Shown piece by piece: positions 30,023-39,622 of a stretch of 64,000 bases of DNA; the stretch's first letter is position 1; each line of letters opens with the position of its first letter. The translations under genes and the position numbers were made by a program. The stretch comes from Pseudomonadota bacterium (lineage in GTDB: Bacteria > Myxococcota_A > UBA9160 > SZUA-336), in NCBI GenBank assembly GCA_003247575.1, contig QJZC01000004.1, positions 3,103 through 67,102 of the forward strand. Reading direction: 5' to 3'. The notes beneath the pieces are model-generated. The model ran no database searches. It was given only the letters and a program-made list of their open reading frames with translations, and was not told the DNA's origin.

Positions 30023-31294
30023 CTACTCGGCGGAGTCCGCAGCCTTCTTCGTGTCGATGAACTTGACCCACTGGCTGCCCTTCTTGCGAGTGTCGTCGAA
30101 CTTCTGTGCTCGAACGAACTCCTTCCGAGCAGTGTCCAGCTTGCCGAGGTTGAAGAGCGCGATTCCACGCAGGAAGTGCGTTTCGCCACGGCTCTTCAGC
30201 TTGCCTCGCTTGACGCCTGAGTCGATCGCCTCGATGGCGTCGTTCCAGCGCTCGCCATCGATGTGCACCTTGGCCAATCGAACGAAGAGCTCGCCATCGG
30301 ACGAGAGCTTCGCGGCTTCGGTGAGCGGCTGGATGCTCTTGTCGAACTCACGTGCCTGTAGCCAGGCATCTGCGAGCAGCTCCCAGTTCCTCTCGGACTT
30401 TTCCATGCGGCCGGCCGCGATCTCCGTCTCGATGAGTTTCGCACCCTTGAAGGGGATCTCGAGAAAGAGGTACGTCTCCGCAAGGCGACGGAGGTCCGTG
30501 TTGCTGGTGAGGAAGCCCTGCTTGTAAGCCAGCTCCTGGGCTACGAGTGCGCCCTTGTCATCCTTGAGCTCCGAGTAGACGGCTGCCAGCTGCTTCCAGT
30601 AGGAGGCCTTCGGGAACCGAAGAGCCATCGACTCGAGCAGAGGTGCAGCCTTCTTGTACGCCTTCTTGTCGATGTAGAGCGCGACCGCCAGATTCATCCA
30701 GCTCTCTTCTGGATCGGGCCGAGTGGCGAGCGCCTTCTCGATCAGCTCGAGCGAACGGCCGAACTTCTCGGCCTGATAGTAGGTGCTCGAGATCGCGTAG
30801 AACTGGGTTCCGGTGGGACTCTCAGCGCCTTGCAGCCAGGTTTCGAAGGTGCGGATGCTCTCGGGGAGCTTCTCCAGGGCTCGGTACATCTGGGCGACGT
30901 TGAACTGGAAGTCCAGGGTCTGCCCGGGGCTCAGCTGGCCCGTCGCGATTGCCTTCTCGAAGAACGAGATTGCCTTGTCGTACTTTTCCTGGGCGCTGTA
31001 GGCATACCCGAACATCTGGTACGTGACGGCGGTCTCGTAACCATTCAGGCTCTCGACGTCGATCGCCTGGAGGCACTTGAGGGCCTCGTTCGTCTTGTCC
31101 TCGGCCAGCATCTCCTGGCACGGCAGGATCTTCTTGTAGGTGTTCGGGCGCATGACCTGAGCCTTGCGCGTCTCTGGCGGCGGTCGCTGCCCTTCCTTCT
31201 GAGCGTTGGCGGCGGACAGAGGCAGGAGGACGCAGAGCCCTCCGACCCACACGAACCGAAGCAATGCGAAACCGCGTGTCGATGTTCTCATCAC
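30023..31294 (-). CDS. Periplasmic TPR protein of a TonB system (TtpD-like)
   Basis: Signal peptide, multiple TPR repeats, last gene after tonB. Confidence 0.85.
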   Translation of the reverse strand: MMRTSTRGFALLRFVWVGGLCVLLPLSAANAQKEGQRPPPETRKAQVMRPNTYKKILPCQEMLAEDKTNEALKCLQAIDVESLNGYETAVTYQMFGYAYSAQEKYDKAISFFEKAIATGQLSPGQTLDFQFNVAQMYRALEKLPESIRTFETWLQGAESPTGTQFYAISSTYYQAEKFGRSLELIEKALATRPDPEESWMNLAVALYIDKKAYKKAAPLLESMALRFPKASYWKQLAAVYSELKDDKGALVAQELAYKQGFLTSNTDLRRLAETYLFLEIPFKGAKLIETEIAAGRMEKSERNWELLADAWLQAREFDKSIQPLTEAAKLSSDGELFVRLAKVHIDGERWNDAIEAIDSGVKRGKLKSRGETHFLRGIALFNLGKLDTARKEFVRAQKFDDTRKKGSQWVKFIDTKKAADSAE

Positions 31295-31312
31295 CTTAGT
31301 CTCCTAGGTCGC

Positions 31313-31936
31313 TCAGCCGCGCTCTTCGCCCGCGATCTTGAAGGTCAGCACGACCTGCACACCGGTGCGTGCGACCGGAACCCCATCGACCACCTTGGGC
31401 TTGTACTTCCAGCGCTCGACCGCCCGAATCGCTGCGCGATTGAAGATCGAGGAGGGCTCGGAGTCGATCACCTGCGGATCGATCACCGCGCCGGTTTCCG
31501 ACACCGTGAACTCGAGCTGGACCCAGCCCTCGATTCCGCGCGAGAGCGCGCGTGGCGGATAGCGCGGCTCGATGCGGACCAGGGGAACCTCTTCGCCGTC
31601 GCTGGGAGGGCCACCGAGGCTTGGACCACCCACGAGGCTCACCTGCGAGACCATCACGCCCAGGTTGGTCATACCCTGATTGGTGGGCTTCGGGACGTTG
31701 CTCAGGTCGATCTCCGGCGGCTCGGGTGGCTGCTCGTTCTCGACCTTGTCCGGGAGCTTGCGCTCGCGGACCTGGGTCTGCGTGTCCTGGATGGTGCGCG
31801 AGAACTCGACGATGGTCGTTTCGACCTTCTTCAGCTCGCGATCACCGGAGTTGGCGATGAGCGACTGCATCGTGAAGAAGAGGCCGACCGTGATCGAGAA
31901 GCCCGCCAGACCGGTGATTGCATAGCGACCTGTCAT
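31313..31936 (-). CDS. tonB: Energy transducer TonB
   Basis: N-terminal TM anchor, Pro-rich spacer, PRYPPRALSRGIEGWV...WKYKP. Confidence 0.93.
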   Translation of the reverse strand: MTGRYAITGLAGFSITVGLFFTMQSLIANSGDRELKKVETTIVEFSRTIQDTQTQVRERKLPDKVENEQPPEPPEIDLSNVPKPTNQGMTNLGVMVSQVSLVGGPSLGGPPSDGEEVPLVRIEPRYPPRALSRGIEGWVQLEFTVSETGAVIDPQVIDSEPSSIFNRAAIRAVERWKYKPKVVDGVPVARTGVQVVLTFKIAGEERG

Positions 31937-32349
31937 AGGTTCCCCTCGAGGGCGGAGATCGCAACTTCCTTTACGCCCGCCTGCTTGGCTTGATCGAATA
32001 CCTTTACGAAGACTCCGTTCTTGGACCGGCGATCGGCCTGGATCACGACCGACGCCTCCGGCGTCTCGCTGAGTAGACGCTCGACGTTGGAGCGCACCTG
32101 ATCCGGCTCGATCCGCCGCTTCTGGACCCAGACCTCGCCGGTCTGACTGATCGCGATCAAGATGTTTCCTCGAGGCTTCGGGATGCTCTTGGCTGCGACC
32201 GGGCGATCGATCTGGATGCCCGCCTCCTTGACGAACGAAGCGGTGACGATGAAGAAGATCAGCATGATGAACACGACGTCCAGCATGGGCGTCACGTTCA
32301 CCTCCGACTCCTCGTCGGCCGCTGCGGATTGTCGTGTGCGTATGCTCAT
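31933..32349 (-). CDS. exbD: Biopolymer transport protein ExbD
   Basis: VNVTPMLDVVFIMLIFFIVT; VVIQAD. Confidence 0.95.
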   Translation of the reverse strand: MSIRTRQSAAADEESEVNVTPMLDVVFIMLIFFIVTASFVKEAGIQIDRPVAAKSIPKPRGNILIAISQTGEVWVQKRRIEPDQVRSNVERLLSETPEASVVIQADRRSKNGVFVKVFDQAKQAGVKEVAISALEGNL

Positions 32350-32356
32350 GTTGGGC

Positions 32357-32884
32357 TCACTTCTGCACGAGGAGGTCTGCCGTCCGCTGGGTCTCGGATC
32401 GCGCGCGCTGGAGTAGGGACACGCTCGGGTAGAACCCGGAGATGGCTGCGACCATGCCGGCCATGGTGGGAATGGTCGCCTTGGTGACGCCCGACGCCAT
32501 GGCTCGAGCGCTTCCGCTCCCTGTGATGGCCATGATGTCGAACACCTCGATCATGCCGGTCACGGTGCCGAGCAGGCCGAGCAGCGGACAGACGGCCACC
32601 AGGGTATTGATCGTCCCCAGTGAGCGGCTGAGCTTCTCGTTCACCTCGGCGATCAGCTTGCGCCGAATACACGAGGCGTGCCAGGAGCGGGTGTCGTCGC
32701 GCGAGGTCCACTCTTCGACGACCCGCTGGACCTCCTTTGGATGCCCCGTGCGCATGTACCAGTATCGCTCCAGCAGCAGGGTCCACATCATGAACAGGAC
32801 CACTCCGATCCAGTTGAGGATGGGACCGCCGGCTACGCGGAAGTCCTGAATCGCGATCCAGGCTTCAGACAGACTTACCAGCAC
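32357..32884 (-). CDS. exbB: MotA/TolQ/ExbB proton channel (ExbB)
   Basis: PLLGLLGTVTGMI...MASGV..ATIPTMAGM. Confidence 0.9.
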   Translation of the reverse strand: MLVSLSEAWIAIQDFRVAGGPILNWIGVVLFMMWTLLLERYWYMRTGHPKEVQRVVEEWTSRDDTRSWHASCIRRKLIAEVNEKLSRSLGTINTLVAVCPLLGLLGTVTGMIEVFDIMAITGSGSARAMASGVTKATIPTMAGMVAAISGFYPSVSLLQRARSETQRTADLLVQK

Positions 32885-34268
32885 CGCTCGACTCCCTCTC
32901 GGCGCGCTGGGCGATCATGCCCGCCGCCTGCTCCTCGAGAATCTGAACCAGCGACTTGCTCCGGTCCCGGAGGAAGCTGTGTGCGAGCACCATCGGGATG
33001 GCCACGATCAGACCCTGTGTCGTGGTGACCAGAGCCGTGGAGATGCCGCCTGCCATCAGCTTGGGATCACCGGTACCGAACAGGGTGATCTGCTGGAACG
33101 TAACGATCATACCGGTAACCGTGCCGAGGAGTCCCAGCAGGGGGGCGATGACCGACAGCACCTTCAGTGTGCTGAGGCCACGCTCAAGCGACGGAACCTC
33201 CTTGATGATGATCTCGTCCAGCTTGAGCTCGAGCGTCTCGACGTCGACGTCCTTGTTCTGCTCGTAGATCGCCATCACCCGGCCCAACGGGTTGTTCATG
33301 TTGGGCGAGTTCGACTTCATCTGGCTGCGCATCTTGCTCCCGGTAGTAGAGAGGGCGAGCAGCCTGAACAGCAGGATCAGGGTTCCGAAGGCACCGAGTC
33401 CGATGATCACGTAGCCGACCAAGCCGCCCTGGTCTACGCGCTCCATGAAGTCTGGAGCGGAAACCAGCAGGCCCAGGATCGTGCCGCGCGACGGATCGAC
33501 CGACATGCGCACGACCTCTCCCGGGGCTGCAGACAGGATGGTGGATGCCGCAGCCGTGTGGCGCGAAGGCGGCTGCCGCTCGAGTTCGGCCAGGGTCTCG
33601 GTGTCGGGCTTCCAGACCAGGAACTTGTCGTCGGCAACCGCGCTGAAGGGGCCGACGCGCACCACGGGGAGTGTCTCCGCGGTGCCGTCCGTGCGAACCA
33701 CCGCGGCTTCGAACTTGCTGACCTGGCCCGTGTAGGCCATTTCGCCGAGCAGGGTCTCCCAGAGGAGCTTGAGCTCGGAAACCTTGGGCAGGCTCTGCGC
33801 CGCAGCCATCTTGTCCATCTCTTCGATGCGACCCGGGTACTCGGCCGAGGTCATCGAACCGCGCAGCTTCTCGCGCGTGTCACCGGCCACCTGGCGGAAG
33901 ACCCCGAAGAGCTCGCCCAAGTTCCCCTGCCGCTCCGTCAACCGTGCCTCGAGCTCGGTGAGTGCCTGCTCGTTCTCACGGAAGGTCGTCTCGAGGGCGG
34001 TCGTCGCGGCCTCTTGACGCGCGCGCTCCTGCTGGGCTCGGCCCAGGGTGGCGCGTAGCTTCTCGAGGTTGGCGCGGAACTCCTTCTCGCGCTCCTGGTT
34101 GAGACGCTTGTCCCCGCTGTTCTCGTCGCGTACCGCCTTCAGAAGGTCCTTGATCGACGTGCCTTCCTGTGCGAACGCCGGGCCGTGCGGCAGGGTAAGG
34201 GCCAGCGTCGCCACCGCGGCTCCGAGCCCTCGGGCTCCGATCCATCGAAGTGTATGAAGCGGATTCAT
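32865..34268 (-). CDS. TtpC-like large MotA/TolQ/ExbB protein
   Basis: Signal peptide, coiled coil, VVRVGPF, VDPSRG, C-terminal APLLGLLGTVTGMI..F...GTGDPKLMAGGIS. Confidence 0.9.
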   Translation of the reverse strand: MNPLHTLRWIGARGLGAAVATLALTLPHGPAFAQEGTSIKDLLKAVRDENSGDKRLNQEREKEFRANLEKLRATLGRAQQERARQEAATTALETTFRENEQALTELEARLTERQGNLGELFGVFRQVAGDTREKLRGSMTSAEYPGRIEEMDKMAAAQSLPKVSELKLLWETLLGEMAYTGQVSKFEAAVVRTDGTAETLPVVRVGPFSAVADDKFLVWKPDTETLAELERQPPSRHTAAASTILSAAPGEVVRMSVDPSRGTILGLLVSAPDFMERVDQGGLVGYVIIGLGAFGTLILLFRLLALSTTGSKMRSQMKSNSPNMNNPLGRVMAIYEQNKDVDVETLELKLDEIIIKEVPSLERGLSTLKVLSVIAPLLGLLGTVTGMIVTFQQITLFGTGDPKLMAGGISTALVTTTQGLIVAIPMVLAHSFLRDRSKSLVQILEEQAAGMIAQRAERESSGAGKSV

Positions 34269-34269
34269 C

Positions 34270-35055
34270 TTAGTTTCCCCCCGCGCTAGGAGCTGCGATG
34301 GGCAGGCTGATCAGGTCGGGTGGAGCCTGCTTGCGAGCGATGCGGAAGCCATCCTCGATCTCGTTGCGATACGAGCCGTCGACCTCCTTCCAGCTGCGAC
34401 TGGTGTTGTCCCAGTACGCGATCTCGTCCGCATCGGGTGTGCGGTAGATCAGCAGCACGCGGCCGACCTGGAGGAACTCGACCGTGCGGCCGTCGGGGAG
34501 CGTGTCGTTGTATGCGCTCATCGTGCGGGCGTAGTCGTTCTCGATCTGATAGGCCTCCGTGAGTCGTCGGTACTTCTCGGCGGTGGTCACATCGGGCTGG
34601 TCCATCAGGTCTTTGAGCAGAGCCACGCGGGTCTCTCGTTCCTCGAGCAGGAACGGTACGTCGCGCTTGATGAACTCATCGAGCGTACTGATCATGTCGT
34701 CCATCAGCGGAAGGATGTTTCGCTCGACCTCTTTGACGCCGTCGATGTCGCCACTGATCCGGACCTTGTCCTGCTCCTGGGTCGCGATCAGGCTCCGCAG
34801 ACGATCGTTGTAGCGCTTGAGGTTCTCGATGGTCTCGAGCTCCTGCTTCAACTTCGCGATCTTGTCGTCCGTTTCATTGCTCATCTTGTCGATCGCAGCT
34901 TGTGATCTCGCGTTCGACACGTTCTGAGCGATGCGCGGTCCGAGGATGCTGTCTCGCAGTTGCTCGTCAGCCTGTGCATTCACACTGAGCAGGCCCGTAG
35001 CAGCGGCCGCCGTCAGCGCGAACGTCGTGCTCCGTAGTATCTTGATCTTGCGCAA
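34270..35055 (-). CDS. DUF3450 family protein (TtpB-like)
   Basis: Signal peptide, coiled coil, DVPFLLEER, AEKYRR..EAYQIE..Y, LQVGRV; TTG start with GGGAG upstream. Confidence 0.85.
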   Translation of the reverse strand: MRKIKILRSTTFALTAAAATGLLSVNAQADEQLRDSILGPRIAQNVSNARSQAAIDKMSNETDDKIAKLKQELETIENLKRYNDRLRSLIATQEQDKVRISGDIDGVKEVERNILPLMDDMISTLDEFIKRDVPFLLEERETRVALLKDLMDQPDVTTAEKYRRLTEAYQIENDYARTMSAYNDTLPDGRTVEFLQVGRVLLIYRTPDADEIAYWDNTSRSWKEVDGSYRNEIEDGFRIARKQAPPDLISLPIAAPSAGGN

Positions 35056-35814
35056 TTCCAGTGTACTCCCAGCTGATGTGCCCCGATTCTGCCACGGGTG
35101 CACTCGAAAGTGGAAACTCAACCTCGGGCAAGTCACGCTTGGCTTGCTCGCGACGGCAGCGAATCTGTACGCCTTATCGGGTCGTCTGCCCCGAGACCAG
35201 AGCCCATCGGTCCAGGATGCGGATCTGCTCGCGCGCATCATCGCAGAATCTTGCGAGTTCTGCGCGATGGGAATGAATGGATCCGGCAGTGCAGCGGACG
35301 AATTCACTGTGGCCTGGCCGGGATGTTCGACCGGCGAACGGATACCGTGTGAGGACCAAACGGGCGTTCGACTGTCAGCCGCCGGCGGAACGCGTTCGAC
35401 CATTCGGGCGCGCACGTTCAGGCTTGCGCTCGCGGTGGCTGCGGACGCGCAACTCTCCGGCAGCGCTCGCACGACCGAGCGTCGTCGAGCCCTGTCGCTC
35501 GTGCTGCGTGGCGAGTTCCGGGTCGGAGTGAGCGCGCCTGGCTGCTTTTGTGCTTTTTTCGCTTCTTGCGGCGTACGCGTGCTCGAGGGATCCGCCGAGG
35601 GATCGGTCAGACCAACCCAGGGCGCGGCGTGAGCGTGGCCGCAAACCCCGCCGCCGCCCTCGTTCCGAGCCCGCCGGGACGTGGCTGATTCGGGAGCCAT
35701 CAAGGTTCGGATGCGCGAGGTCGGCCCAAGATTCATCCAGGGATCGAACGTACGCAATATTCGGTTGGGTCGCCGGCGCTCCCGCGGAGGCGCCGGGGGC
35801 CGGCGCCGCAGAGA

Positions 35815-36642
35815 TCAGATCTCGTATCCGGAACCGGGCTCGCGCCCGGAGTCGGTGCGCAGGTGGAGGCGCGGCTGTTCGATCGCCACGCGGGTATTCG
35901 GCGGAAGCGAGTGCGTGAGCCAGACGTTGCCCCCGACCACGCAGTTCCTACCCACCACGGTGTCACCCCCCAGAATGGTGGCGTTCGGATAGATGGTTAC
36001 GTCGTCCTCGATGGTCGGATGCCGCTTCTTGCCGAGGTCGGCGCGACCTTGGCGGTTGGAGAAGGCTCCCAGCGTGACCCCGTGGTAGAGCTTTACTCGG
36101 TTCCCAATGTGAGTCGTTTCGCCAATCACGACGCCTGTCCCGTGGTCGATGAAGAAGTGGCAGCCGATCTGGGCGCCCGGGTGGATATCGATTCCAGTGC
36201 GGTTGTGGGCCTCTTCTGCCATGATCCGGGAGATCACCGCATGTCCTTGTTGGTAGAACGCGTGAGCGATCCGATGGGTCGAGACTGCGGCCATGGACGG
36301 GTAGGCGGCGACGATCTCGGAGAAGGTCTTCGCGGCGGGGTCACCGTCGAAGGCGGCTTGCAGATCCATCGCGATGCAGTGGCGGATGTCGGGCAGCTCT
36401 TCGATCAGGCGCGATGCGTCGCTGCGGCCGCATGCGGCGGCGATCAGCCCGTGAATGACTTCGAGGTCGGCGCGTAGGTGGCGAGTCGGCGTGCGGTCGA
36501 ACAGAACGGCGCGCAGGCGCTCGAGGATCTCGTAGGCGCGCCGAGAGTCCGGGGCATCCTCGCGGGATGCCTGGCAGAGCGCGTCCGGCTTCTCCCGCTG
36601 CGCGGCCAAGTGCTGAGCGACTCGATCGATCTCGTTTTCCAT
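35815..36642 (-). CDS. cysE: Serine O-acetyltransferase
   Basis: GDPAA, TGIDIHPGAQIG, FFIDHGTGVVIGET, KRHPT; GGAGG RBS. Confidence 0.95.
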   Translation of the reverse strand: MENEIDRVAQHLAAQREKPDALCQASREDAPDSRRAYEILERLRAVLFDRTPTRHLRADLEVIHGLIAAACGRSDASRLIEELPDIRHCIAMDLQAAFDGDPAAKTFSEIVAAYPSMAAVSTHRIAHAFYQQGHAVISRIMAEEAHNRTGIDIHPGAQIGCHFFIDHGTGVVIGETTHIGNRVKLYHGVTLGAFSNRQGRADLGKKRHPTIEDDVTIYPNATILGGDTVVGRNCVVGGNVWLTHSLPPNTRVAIEQPRLHLRTDSGREPGSGYEI

Positions 36643-36831
36643 CAGGCAGCCTCCATCCTCGAAGCGAAGAGTTGCGCGAGCGACGGCTTAACATCAAGAC
36701 CTCTGATGCTGCTTGGATCTCGCCGCGTCTCGCGAGGTTTCATCGACGTCGGTCCCCGGGAGCCCGCCCGAGCGCTCAGGCCGCGCCGACGCATTCGGAG
36801 ACCCTCCCGCGGAGCCGCAGCCTGCACGCGG

Positions 36832-36861
36832 TTGACGTGCAAGCGCCCGCCCCACCATACT
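36832..36861 (+). promoter_or_regulatory. Candidate sigma70 promoter
   Basis: TTGACG-N18-CATACT upstream of the nuclease gene. Confidence 0.3.
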
Positions 36862-36936
36862 CCTGGCGCCCCCCCGACAACCGGAAACACAGAGCGCGAG
36901 CGCGGCTCTACCGCTGACGCTCGAGTGGGCTTCTGC

Positions 36937-37839
36937 TTGGTCGCATTCAGTCATTCGAGGCTCTCGTCCTACGAGAACTGCCCCGCGCAGTACCGCTACC
37001 GATACATCGACAAGATCGAGGTTCCCTACGAAGGCGTCGAAGCGTTCATGGGGAAGCGCGTGCACGAGGTACTCGAGCGGTTGTACCACCACGTGGCGCG
37101 CCACGGGCGCCCCCCGAGCCTGGCGCAGGTACTGTCGCGCTTCCAGAAGGACTGGCGCTTTCACTGGCACGAAAACGTGCGCATCGTGCGGGTCGAGAAC
37201 AGCGAGAGCTTCTACCAGGACCAGGGGGCGCGCTGCTTGGAGAACTACTACCGCTCGCACTACCCCTTCGATGCCGACGAGACGGTCGCGCTCGAGCATG
37301 CGGTTCAGCTGGTGCTCGATGAGCACGGGAGGTACCGGATGCGAGGCGTGATCGATCGCCTCGTCCGGACGGGTGAGGGGAGCTACGAGGTCCACGACTA
37401 CAAGACGTCGGGCTCGCTCCCTCCTCGTCGGCGCTTGGAGCAGGATCGCCAGCTCCCGCTCTACCAGATCGCCGTCCAGCAGGCATTTCCGGATGCGCGC
37501 GAGGTGGGACTCGTCTGGCACTACCTCGCATTCAATCGAACCCTCCGCCAGGGGCGTACCGAGGAGCAGCTCGAGACCCTGCGCGCGGACACGATCGCCC
37601 TGATCGACGAGGTCACTACTGCAGCCGAGTTTCCGGCGCGCACGGGCCCGCTCTGCCGCTGGTGCGACTACCGCGAGCTGTGCCCAGCGGTATCGGGGGC
37701 CGACGTGGCCGAGCTGGCGGAAGCCGCGGCTGCGGACGGGCCGGGCGAAACGGGCTCGCCCGAGGAGCGGACTGCAGTGCAAGCGTCGGAATCCGGGCAG
37801 CCCGATTCCGCCCGTCGAGGCCAGCTCTCGCTGCTCTAG
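36937..37839 (+). CDS. Stand-alone RecB-family PD-(D/E)XK nuclease with Fe-S staple
   Basis: FSHSRLSSYENCP, G..VHEVLE, RGVIDRL, HDYKT, QLPLY, CRWCDYRELC. Start estimated (TTG 36937). Confidence 0.9.
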   Translation: MVAFSHSRLSSYENCPAQYRYRYIDKIEVPYEGVEAFMGKRVHEVLERLYHHVARHGRPPSLAQVLSRFQKDWRFHWHENVRIVRVENSESFYQDQGARCLENYYRSHYPFDADETVALEHAVQLVLDEHGRYRMRGVIDRLVRTGEGSYEVHDYKTSGSLPPRRRLEQDRQLPLYQIAVQQAFPDAREVGLVWHYLAFNRTLRQGRTEEQLETLRADTIALIDEVTTAAEFPARTGPLCRWCDYRELCPAVSGADVAELAEAAAADGPGETGSPEERTAVQASESGQPDSARRGQLSLL

Positions 37840-37940
37840 CGACGCTCCGAGCGGATCGCGAACACCACCGCGGCGGGGTGGTGGACGGCGACCCGTGTGT
37901 CATACCCACGTGAAACGCTGCTACCGTTACAATGAGAGCC

Positions 37941-38738
37941 ATGCAGGTCGAGAGAATCCCCACTCTGAATGACAACTATACGTATCTGGTGATCGACCCC
38001 GAGACTCGTAAGGCCGCGGTGATCGACGCGCCCGAGGCCGACCCGGTAGTACGCCGGGTCGACGAGCTCGGCGTGCAGCTCACGAAGGTTTTGTCCACGC
38101 ATCACCACTGGGACCACAGCGGAGCCAATCAGGCACTCGCCAAGCGCTACGATGCCCCCGTCTACGGCCACAGCTCCGATGCGGGACGCGTCCCTGCCCT
38201 GAGCGAAGGCCTCGAGGAGGGAGACGCGGTGCGCGTGGGCAACCTCGAGGCCCGCGTCCTTTTCATTCCCGCGCACACTCGGGGGCACATTGCATACGCC
38301 TTTCCGGGGGCCGTTTTCTGTGGCGACACGCTCTTCGCTGGCGGATGTGGACGGCTCTTCGAAGGAACCCCCGAAATGATGCATCGCGCTCTGAACGAGG
38401 TCCTCGCCAAGCTACCCGATGAGACGCTCGTCTACTGTGGCCACGAGTACACGGAATCGAATCTCCGCTTTGCACTCACGCTAGAGCCGGGCAATGCAGC
38501 GCTCCAGGAGAAATTTCGGCGCGTCCAAGCCCAGCGGGCGAGTCGGGCGACGGATTGGCACGACGCAACACCCGCGGAGATGACGATCCCCTCGACCTTG
38601 GCCGAGGAGAAGGCCACGAACCCGTTCATGCGCGCGCACTCGGTCGAGCTGCAGGCATCGGTGCATCGCACTCATCCGGGAGCGACGGACCCTGTAGCGA
38701 TCCTCGGGGCAGTGCGCGAGCTCAAGGATCGGTTCTAG
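37941..38738 (+). CDS. gloB: Hydroxyacylglutathione hydrolase (glyoxalase II)
   Basis: DNYTY, THHHWDHSG, HTRGH, GDTLFAGGCGR, CGHEYT, EKATNPFMR. Confidence 0.95.
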   Translation: MQVERIPTLNDNYTYLVIDPETRKAAVIDAPEADPVVRRVDELGVQLTKVLSTHHHWDHSGANQALAKRYDAPVYGHSSDAGRVPALSEGLEEGDAVRVGNLEARVLFIPAHTRGHIAYAFPGAVFCGDTLFAGGCGRLFEGTPEMMHRALNEVLAKLPDETLVYCGHEYTESNLRFALTLEPGNAALQEKFRRVQAQRASRATDWHDATPAEMTIPSTLAEEKATNPFMRAHSVELQASVHRTHPGATDPVAILGAVRELKDRF

Positions 38739-38740
38739 CC

Positions 38741-39421
38741 ATGTGGTCCCTGCGACACGCTCGGTGGGTGGGAACCTTGGCTTTGTTCGCCTTCCTCTGC
38801 ATGGGCCAGTCCAGTTCCCGCATTTTCCCGGGCACTCCGGTCGAAGATCAGCTGGATCTGTTCCAGGTCGATCGACGCGTGCTGTTGATCGACTCGAAGA
38901 ATCAGCGCACGCAGGAGTTCGATCTAGAGGTGGGCGAGGAGATCCTGGGGCTCGAGAGCCGCGGCCTGATGGCGGTGGTACGCACGACCGCCCGGCTGAT
39001 GGGAACCACCACCGAACAGCAGAACTGGAAGGAGGCGCGCTACCGGATTCGTGAGCGCGCCCAGCCGCCTTCGCGCAGCTTCGTCGGCGACCGGGTGGCG
39101 CTCGTCGTGCTTCAGAACCGGCTGCTCGGCATGAGCACCACGAGTCAGAACTGGCAGGAGTTCGCGCTCGGTCCGCGCGAGCCGCGCGGACGGGTCGAGC
39201 TCGGGGCCAACCTCGCCATCATGCTGACGGGGCGCCGCGCCATCGCCTACGGGCCAGCGATCTCGTCCTTCGTGGAGATCAATCTGACGCCGAACGAGGA
39301 GATTGAACGGACCCAAGTGCGAGACAACTCCGCGACGGTCACGACCTCGCGTCGAATTCTGATCTTCCGGGCCACTGCGGGCCAGTGGACGGAGTTACGA
39401 CGCTCCGCGCGCGGGAACTAG
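38741..39421 (+). CDS. Hypothetical exported protein with approx. 39-aa beta-rich repeats
   Basis: ATG 2 nt after the gloB stop, signal-like N-terminus, repeated A-h-V-x-T-x-x-R-h-h...W-x-E pattern. Confidence 0.75.
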   Translation: MWSLRHARWVGTLALFAFLCMGQSSSRIFPGTPVEDQLDLFQVDRRVLLIDSKNQRTQEFDLEVGEEILGLESRGLMAVVRTTARLMGTTTEQQNWKEARYRIRERAQPPSRSFVGDRVALVVLQNRLLGMSTTSQNWQEFALGPREPRGRVELGANLAIMLTGRRAIAYGPAISSFVEINLTPNEEIERTQVRDNSATVTTSRRILIFRATAGQWTELRRSARGN

Positions 39422-39429
39422 TCCCGTAC

Positions 39430-39466
39430 TGTCAGACTTCTGACACTCGACGTCAGTCGGCTGACA
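39430..39466. promoter_or_regulatory. Tandem palindromic enhancer (UAS) sites
   Basis: TGTCAGacttCTGACA (39430-39445) and cGTCAGtcggCTGACA (39451-39466), 21-bp period. Confidence 0.65.
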
Positions 39467-39560
39467 AATTTTGCGGCGCCGATCTGCCGAGAGGTTGCCG
39501 AGAATTCTGATTTTACTGGATTTTCGGGGGTCGACGTCCGCTGGCCGAAACTCTCGTCCT

Positions 39561-39576
39561 TGGTACGTGAAATGCA
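39561..39576 (+). promoter_or_regulatory. Sigma54 (-24/-12) promoter
   Basis: TGGTACGtgaaATGCA: GG-N10-GC, close to the TGGCACG-N4-TTGCW consensus. Confidence 0.7.
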
Positions 39577-39622
39577 TATCCGGTGCGTGGCTGTGCATGA
39601 CGCGCGCAAAGGAGAGCACGAC

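Noticed and set aside
35104-35121. Possible Fur box before the TonB operon (TCGAAAGTGGAAACTCAA)
   Set aside because: Wrong length and weak symmetry compared with the bfd box.
35056-35757. N-terminal extension of the 495-aa ORF 34270..35757
   Set aside because: Low-complexity, non-protein-like sequence; signal peptide and RBS place the real start at TTG 35055.
36937-37839. Calling the nuclease cas4 or inferring a CRISPR locus
   Set aside because: No repeat-spacer array or other cas genes in the window.
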